A stretch of 64,000 nt of DNA from Octopus vulgaris (Eukaryota), in assembly GCA_951406725.2 (NCBI GenBank), contig OX597820.1, positions 28,830,001 to 28,894,000 on the forward strand. Direction: 5' to 3'. Positions 56,680-64,000 of this stretch are shown piece after piece. Position 1 is the stretch's first letter; each line of letters begins with the position of its first letter. The notes beneath the pieces were generated by a model, which saw only the letters and a list, made by a program, of their open reading frames with translations, made no database searches and was not told where the DNA came from. The position numbers were made by a program, and so were the translations under genes.

Positions 56680-57352
56680 GCGCAAGAATGGCTGTGTGGC
56701 AAGTAGCTTCCTCACTAGCCACATATTTCCGGGTTCAGTCCCATTTCGTGGGACCTTCATCATCATCATTGTTCGACCGTGGTCGAGCCAATGGAATTTA
56801 CTATCCTACGCCAGACTTCACGGTCCATCATAGCATTACGGAGGTCCTGTTGCTATGCCTGTATCCCTGGAGATTACATCAGGGTAGGAGAGTGTGCGCA
56901 CTCTAGTATCGCGAGTAGATGGCCTCCAGAGGAGAAGAGTAGAGATTGCCTCGTTTTCAGCTCTACAACAATGTCCAGCAAACTGGACTCTCCTTGGACC
57001 ATGGGAAAGTGTCTTCTGCTATAGCCTCGGGCCAACCAAAGCCTTCTGTGTGGATTTAGTAGACGGAAACTAAAAGAAGCCTACCGTATATATGTACGTG
57101 TATATATATATGTGTGTCTGTGTGTGTGTATGTGTGTGTGTGTGTGTGTGTTTGTGTTTGTCCCCCGCCCCCGCCATCACTTCACAATCGATGTTGCTGT
57201 GTTTACGTCCCCGTGACCTAGCGGTTCTGCAAAAGACACCGATAGAATAAGTGCTAGGCTTACAAAGAATAAGTCCTCTGGTCGATTTGGTCGACTAAAG
57301 GCGGTACTCCAGCATGACCGCAGTCAAATGACTGAAACAAATAAAATATAAA
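56680..57352 (+). mobile_element. SINE family A interrupted by an RTE fragment
   Basis: Head at 56680-56757 resumes at ~56996 with GGGAAAGTGTCTTCTGCTATAGCCTCGGGCC. Confidence 0.8.
56758..56995 (-). mobile_element. 5'-truncated RTE-like LINE 3' end with (GAT)n tail, nested in a SINE
   Basis: FAGHCCRAENEAISTLLLWRPS...LSYPDVISRDTG; tail (ATG)n; flanking GGACC(T/A)T duplication. Confidence 0.75.
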
Positions 57353-57373
57353 TGATAAAATATAGACAGACAC

Positions 57374-57438
<65 letters not shown>

Positions 57439-57562
57439 AAGGTATATACATATTTCCATACAACATACATGCATGCATATATTTATACACACATACATAA
57501 ACACACTGATGTATACACATATACATCCATCCATTTATTCATACATATATACATAAACACAG

Positions 57563-57637
<75 letters not shown>

Positions 57638-58556
57638 TACATGCATACACCAGCATACGGACATATATTCATACATACATTCATACTTACACATATATAC
57701 ATACACACATACAGCCACACATACACAGACACACACACATATATACATACATCCAAGCATACATACATACATACATATATACACACATACATACATACAT
57801 ACATACATACATGCATGCATACAAACATTCATACATACAAACAGACATACATACATACATACATACATACATACATACATACATACATACATGCATACAA
57901 ACATTCATACATACAAACATACATACATACATACATACATACATACATACATACATACATACATACACATGCATATATCTCCATTCAGCAATACAGATGT
58001 TTGACAATAAATCCAATTATCTCTAGAAGTGGTGTAAGAGTCCTCTACGGAGTCCTGTATGAGTACACCGTGAATGAACCAGCATATGGCACATTGTACC
58101 AGAAAATCCTATTTAATCAATAGCATAAATAGCTGACCCTTTAAACTCAATACATTACGTACGTAATTGTAAATAATCGACCTCCTTAGACTTTTATGAT
58201 ATGTACGTAATAATGTTTAATAGTAATTGTAGTAATGAATTGGCAGTATCGTTAGTGTGCCGGTCAAAATGTTTAGAGCCATTTCTTCCGGTACTTTAAA
58301 GCCTGAGTTCAAATTCTCTCGAGGACGACTTTGCCGTGCCTCTTTTAGGAGTAGATAAAATAGCTGCAAGTTGAACTGTGATCGGTATAATTGACGGGCT
58401 CCCTACCACGAAAAGTTTCATTAAGGCAGATTCGGTAGCGCGCCTGGGAAAATGCTTAGCGGCATTTTATCCGTCTTTACAGTTTCTGAATTCAAACTCC
58501 TCCGAGGTCAATTTTATCTTTCCATCCTTTCGGGATAGATAAATTAAGTAGCAGTA

Positions 58557-58620
58557 CAGCTGTCGATGTGATCGGCTGTCGATGTGATCGGCTGTCGATG
58601 TGATCGGCTGTCGATGTGAC
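58557..58620 (+). repeat. 16-bp minisatellite (CGGCTGTCGATGTGAT) x4
   Basis: Read directly; continues the GTCGATGTAATC motif of a family D SINE. Confidence 0.95.
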
Positions 58621-58926
58621 ACATTACCTTAATTAGGTTTTCAATTTGATGTGATCAGTTTTGTATTTAAAACTCCTTAACCAATATTATTCTTTTGCTT
58701 TAATTATTTTACTTGTTTCAGTCAGTTGACTGTGGCAATGCTGGAGCACCGCCTTTTAGTCGAAGAAATCACGCCCGGACTTGTTCTTTGTAAATTTGGT
58801 GGTTATCCTATCGGGTCTTCTGCCGAACCGCTAAGTTACGGGGATGTAAATACACCAATATCGGTTGTCAAGCGATAGTGGGAGGACAAACACAGACGTA
58901 AACAAGCACTCAAACATATATATATG

Positions 58927-58967
<41 letters not shown>

Positions 58968-58970
58968 ATA

Positions 58971-59619
58971 CATATTTTAAAATAGTGTACATTTAAACAC
59001 AAAAGAAAATTACCCTTTAACAGGTAATTTTTACATGCTAGAAAAAGCAGCCAACACGGCCAAAACCACGATTTAATTGCATTTTCGAAGGAAATGAAAA
59101 ATAAAAACGTTTACCTTGTTATTTTTGTTTGCAGTTATACCATGGTTTCGAATTTCTTTAGCAAAAAAGATTATCTGCCACCCTTTAATAGGTAATTTAG
59201 CAAAACAATACTGTCCACCAGGCGAATTCTCGTCAGTAACCGGCCTCAATAACTAACTTATAATTCAGAGACAAGATAACACGTGTCCTATCATTATATG
59301 TTATAATTTTCAAAATTCCGCGCGCATGCATTGTTACAGTCGGCAGTAAATATAATACCGAGCTGAATCTTCGAGAATGCTAAGAACATATTCATAAGAT
59401 ACATATGTAGGATAGCGAATATATAAGGTAGCGAAATTCGAAACCATGGTATAACCGCAAATAAAAATAACAGGGTAAAAGTTTTTATTTTTCATTTCCT
59501 TCGAAAATTGCTATTAAATCGTGGTTTTTGCTGTGTTGGTTGCTTTTTCTAGCATCTAAAAATTACCTGTTAAAGGTTAATTTTCTTTTGTGTTTAAACG
59601 TATACTATTTTAAAATATG
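58971..59619. mobile_element. Foldback/MITE-like non-autonomous element with ~185-bp terminal inverted repeats
   Basis: 58971-59156 is the imperfect reverse complement of 59433-59619; ~275-bp non-coding spacer. Confidence 0.85.
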
Positions 59620-59701
59620 AATATGTTGTCTATTGACTATGCTAGGCCACTGGTGGTGATATTTATAACGAATATTCACTACCCTATATATGTAACTTAT
59701 G

Positions 59702-59739
<38 letters not shown>

Positions 59740-59744
59740 CATAT

Positions 59745-59908
59745 ATACGACGGGCTTCTTTCACTTTTCCTATACCAAATCCACTCACAAGGCTTTGGTC
59801 GGCACAAGGCTACAGTAGAAGACACTTGCCCAAGGTACCACGCAGCGGGACTGAACCTGGAACCATGTGGTTGGGAAGCAAGCCTCTTACCATACAGCCA
59901 CACCTGCG
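59745..59908 (-). mobile_element. SINE family A, 5' half (3' half at ~58700-58900)
   Basis: ACGACGGGCTTCTTTCA...CCAAATCCACTCACAAGGCTTTGGTCGG...GGGACTGAACC. Confidence 0.8.
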
Positions 59909-60244
59909 ATAAGTTTTCTTTGAATATTTCCTCACTTCTTTTCAATTTTTTTTTTTTAGATATTGGCCATGTAGGGGTTTTTCCTAACATCATTTTATCA
60001 TGGTCTTCTACAGACCCAGTTTAAGCTAAATATTTACCGTTCGCAACATATCCATTATTGTTTCATTGTCAATTCAAGCGTTGCCGTTTTTTTTTTTATA
60101 TTATTTGTAGGCATCTTTGAAGAAAGAAGATTATTTACCCTTTTGCTCGTGATCTGCAGCTACTTTTGTGAGCTTTTCCTTATTTTTTACCAAATATTAT
60201 TGTAGCAGTACATGAATATTTTATAATAATTTTCTACTTGTATA

Positions 60245-60485
60245 AAGGTACTACGACTCCATAATCCGCAGAAAATATAATCTTTCCATGTCAGATTTTG
60301 GGTGGTGTACTCTTAATGCTGTGATTACTTTTCTTGATTTTCTATCTAGTCTCGCAAATTCGATTAGATAGCATTTGATAATATCGTAAATATAACTTAA
60401 TACAAAGACAGTTAGAGCATCGATGCCTATTAACTTATTTATGCGTTTCACTCGAAGTATTAATCTGAACTATACCGTTTTTTGT
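60245..60485 (-). mobile_element. R4/Dong-like fragment (post-RT region) next to (TAA)n
   Basis: NKLIGIDALTVFVLSY...LDRKSRKVITALRVHHPKSDMERLY. Confidence 0.75.
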
Positions 60486-60522
60486 CATTCTTCTTCTTCT
60501 TATTATTATTATTATTATTATG

Positions 60523-60558
<36 letters not shown>

Positions 60559-60576
60559 ATTATTATTATTAGTAGT

Positions 60577-60694
<118 letters not shown>

Positions 60695-60699
60695 GGGGT

Positions 60700-60940
60700 C
60701 TGAAAGTTTACCACACCATAGTCGGTTACACCATGGTTCCTCTGATTTGTGGCAAAAGTTTAAAGAAAGAGTGAGAGGAAATGGTGGTGAAAGAGTACAG
60801 AAGGGTTCACCCCCACCGGAGCCTCGTGAAGCTTAGATGTTTCTGCTCAATAAACACTCACAATGCCCGGTGTGGGAATCAAAACCGCGTTCTTACGACC
60901 GCGAGTCCGCTGCCCTGACCACTGGGCCATTGCGCCTCCA
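60700..60940 (-). mobile_element. SINE family C
   Basis: Minus-strand head GGAGGCGCAATGGCCCAGTGGTCAGGGCAGCGGACTCGCGGTCG. Confidence 0.75.
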
Positions 60941-61574
60941 CTTGTTGCTGTTTCTGTTGTCGTTTGTTTTGCTAGACTAATTGCCATTACTTTCGTTGGC
61001 GTTATGATCATGATCATGATCATCAAAATCATATCCATCATCATCATCATCATTATGTTAGTCGTAATCGTTGTCGTGGTCTTGGTCGTGGTCGTGGTAG
61101 TGGTAGCGTTGATGGCGGTCGTCGTTGTCACCCTGTCTATATCATCTCTCCCTGTCACGTCTGTATAATACTTCACACAGCAATATAAAGCACTGTGTGA
61201 TCTCTAGATGTGCAGGCTGACAAAACAGAATCCTTTGATACTTAATTCGTCAAAAGCATCCAGTGTCTGTGTCTAGCTCTTTCCGAAATCGCTTCAGCAA
61301 GTAATTTGTTCGCTGTGCGGATTTCGTAGAGGAAATACCATTAACTCGGCAGATGTACACATATACACTTAGGCAAATACGTATACAGGCATATACGCAT
61401 AAACACACAAATATGCACATACATACATACATGCATACATATATACATACGTACACACACACATTTATACATACATATATAAATAATTATATAAGTGTAT
61501 GTGTGTGTATATATATATATACATATATACAAACATAAATATGTATATATATAAATACATTGTACACACAATAC

Positions 61575-61622
<48 letters not shown>

Positions 61623-61697
61623 CTGTGTATAAGTATATATATATATATATATATTGTGTGTATAAGTATATATATATATATATATATACATACTTAT

Positions 61698-61732
<35 letters not shown>

Positions 61733-62462
61733 CTTCGATCTTTTCAAGTCGTTTCTGTCTATATGTGTAGGTGCAAGTATTTGTGTATAGATTGGTGTGT
61801 GCTTGCGTGCGGCGTGTGGCTGGTGCACCTCGGATGGCGGTCGTGGTAGGGGTGGGGGAATTGAGGATACAGAGTTTCCAAATTTACTTCTGTTTATGAT
61901 GTCTTTTAATCTTCCCCGTGTGCACATAATGAATACACACACGCACGCTTATACACACAAACTCATTCACAGATGCATAAACATATATATATATATACAT
62001 ATCTATGTATGTATTTATGTATGAATAGATATGTACATTTAATTATATAGAGATATATGTATATATATGTATGTGTATATATGTATACATATGTATGTAT
62101 ATATATGTATATATATATGTATATACATATACCTATAAATATATATGTGTATGCGCGTGTGAGTGTCTCTGTGTGCGTATGCAAAAATGGACACGTGTAA
62201 TATATATTATATACATGTATGTATATATATATATATATATACATAAAAATATATGTGTGTGTGTGTGTGTGTATGCATCTGCAAGAATGGAGAAGTGTAA
62301 TACATATTTTATATATATTATATTTATATGTCAAAGTAGGATTGGTAAATGTATACATGCATATATAATTTATTGTATAAATATATATGTACATATATAG
62401 ATACGTATATCATATATAGATATATATGTATGAATATACATATATATATACATACATACGTA

Positions 62463-62541
<79 letters not shown>

Positions 62542-64000
62542 CACCCATCCACACACACATGTACGCATGTAATAGAAGTTATACAAATATACCTGCTTCT
62601 TCATTGAGTATTATTTATGTCGACGTTTAGTAATGCTTGTTTAAACATTCATTTGCATACATGTGCACTCGCGTGTACACGCATACGCACGCACAAACAC
62701 TCTTATACACATACACTGTATGCGTATCTATGTGTGTATGTATGTATACATGCATGCTTATGCATATGCATGAATAATCCCACGCTCTTGTTGTAATAGA
62801 AAATTAAGTATTGTCGTTTATAAAATTGTTATATGCAGATTATTTTTCTTGTTACTTAAGCTAGTTTATCGTAACTTAAAGGATTTATAGATGTCGGAAT
62901 CATTTCCCTCGTAGATCAACATTTATGAAACACTAATACATTTAGAATGGCAAAATCTAGCTACGACATATAGTATGCTTCCACTTAAGCAGAAATCAGA
63001 TAAATCTGCATGGAATAAACATTTAAACTACCTGTATAAGGAAAATATATGAATAAAGAAGCAGAATCGTTATTTAAACATATACATAAATTCTGTACAT
63101 ATATATATGTATATATATCCATATGAATATATATTCATCAGGAGTCGTTTTTATTACTTTTGTTATTCTCTGATAAATGTAGTTACAAGCCTGTAATCAC
63201 GGCTTTTATAAAGAAGCTGTAGATATCATAATGGTTTTTGTTTCAACTCTTGCTAGAAGCTGAATTCAATAGAGATTTCAATGCTCTTTAGTTTTATAAT
63301 AACTGTTATTATTGAAGAATGTGGGAGAACTTTGAGTATCTTGTCTCTGAGAAACCATCCAAAATGCTTTTGTTGAGATCTTCAAAAGATGTCTAATGAA
63401 CTGATAAAGAAAACGTCTTGGTAAAAGAGGGATTTTCGGGGTCAAAGCAGACAAGAACAGTTTCGAGTAGTCCTGTCAAGGAGTACCATAAGGCGGGGAA
63501 AAGCAAATTACCAGGCCTGCTTATGTTAAGCTTTGGTAAATTACTCATTTCTTTACAGCCTATCTAGTTGGCCATACATAGAATAGGTTTATAAATACAC
63601 GTAACCTGGTGTGTTTTTGAATGCGAGGCCACTTGCTTAGCAACCTCACGTTGATAACCTGAAATATACTACTTTCTGTCAATAAAACAAGGATTTCTGT
63701 GACACTATCATTCGCAAAATTCTTCGGCGGCAGCAAATCGCAAGCAATTTTTGGTCGGTCTGAATTGGGGAGGGAGCTGGATGGCAGAGTTGTTTCGAAA
63801 AGTTTTCGATCACGAGGTACAGTACATCATCCTTTCTTTGGACAATACGTCGCTGGTGGTGCACATGAGAATCAATAAAACCAGTGGCGAGTCTCCGACC
63901 AGTGCAAATAAACCAGTGTTCTTCAGAAAATTTTTTTGTAATATTTCGCTATTGGAAAACTGGAATACCGTTTGAGGTAGATGCTGAAATTCTCTAAGGT

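Overview
AT-rich, microsatellite-saturated eukaryotic DNA. I can support no host protein-coding exon, so it is intergenic or deep intronic. The repeat content looks like an octopus/cephalopod genome, inferred from SINE families I recognise. Nearly all ORFs in the track are translations of (TA)n, (CATA)n, (GATA)n, (CA)n, (TAA)n and (TAG)n repeats. The real coding remnants are all from transposable elements: a decayed Penelope-like element (RT plus GIY-YIG, 2.5-4.7 kb); an RTE-type AP-endonuclease fused in frame to a second Penelope RT fragment; several R4/Dong-like RLE retrotransposon pieces; CR1/RTE 3' ends; and three Tc1/mariner elements clustered at 41-45.6 kb. There are also at least four tRNA-derived SINE families, a foldback/MITE with ~185-bp TIRs and a ~160-180-bp tandem repeat. 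The most interesting unannotated signal is a set of minimal, core-variant hammerhead-ribozyme-like motifs at the ends of Penelope remnants. Next is the apparent coupling of specific retroelement families to specific microsatellites. I found no convincing wholly new multi-gene system.
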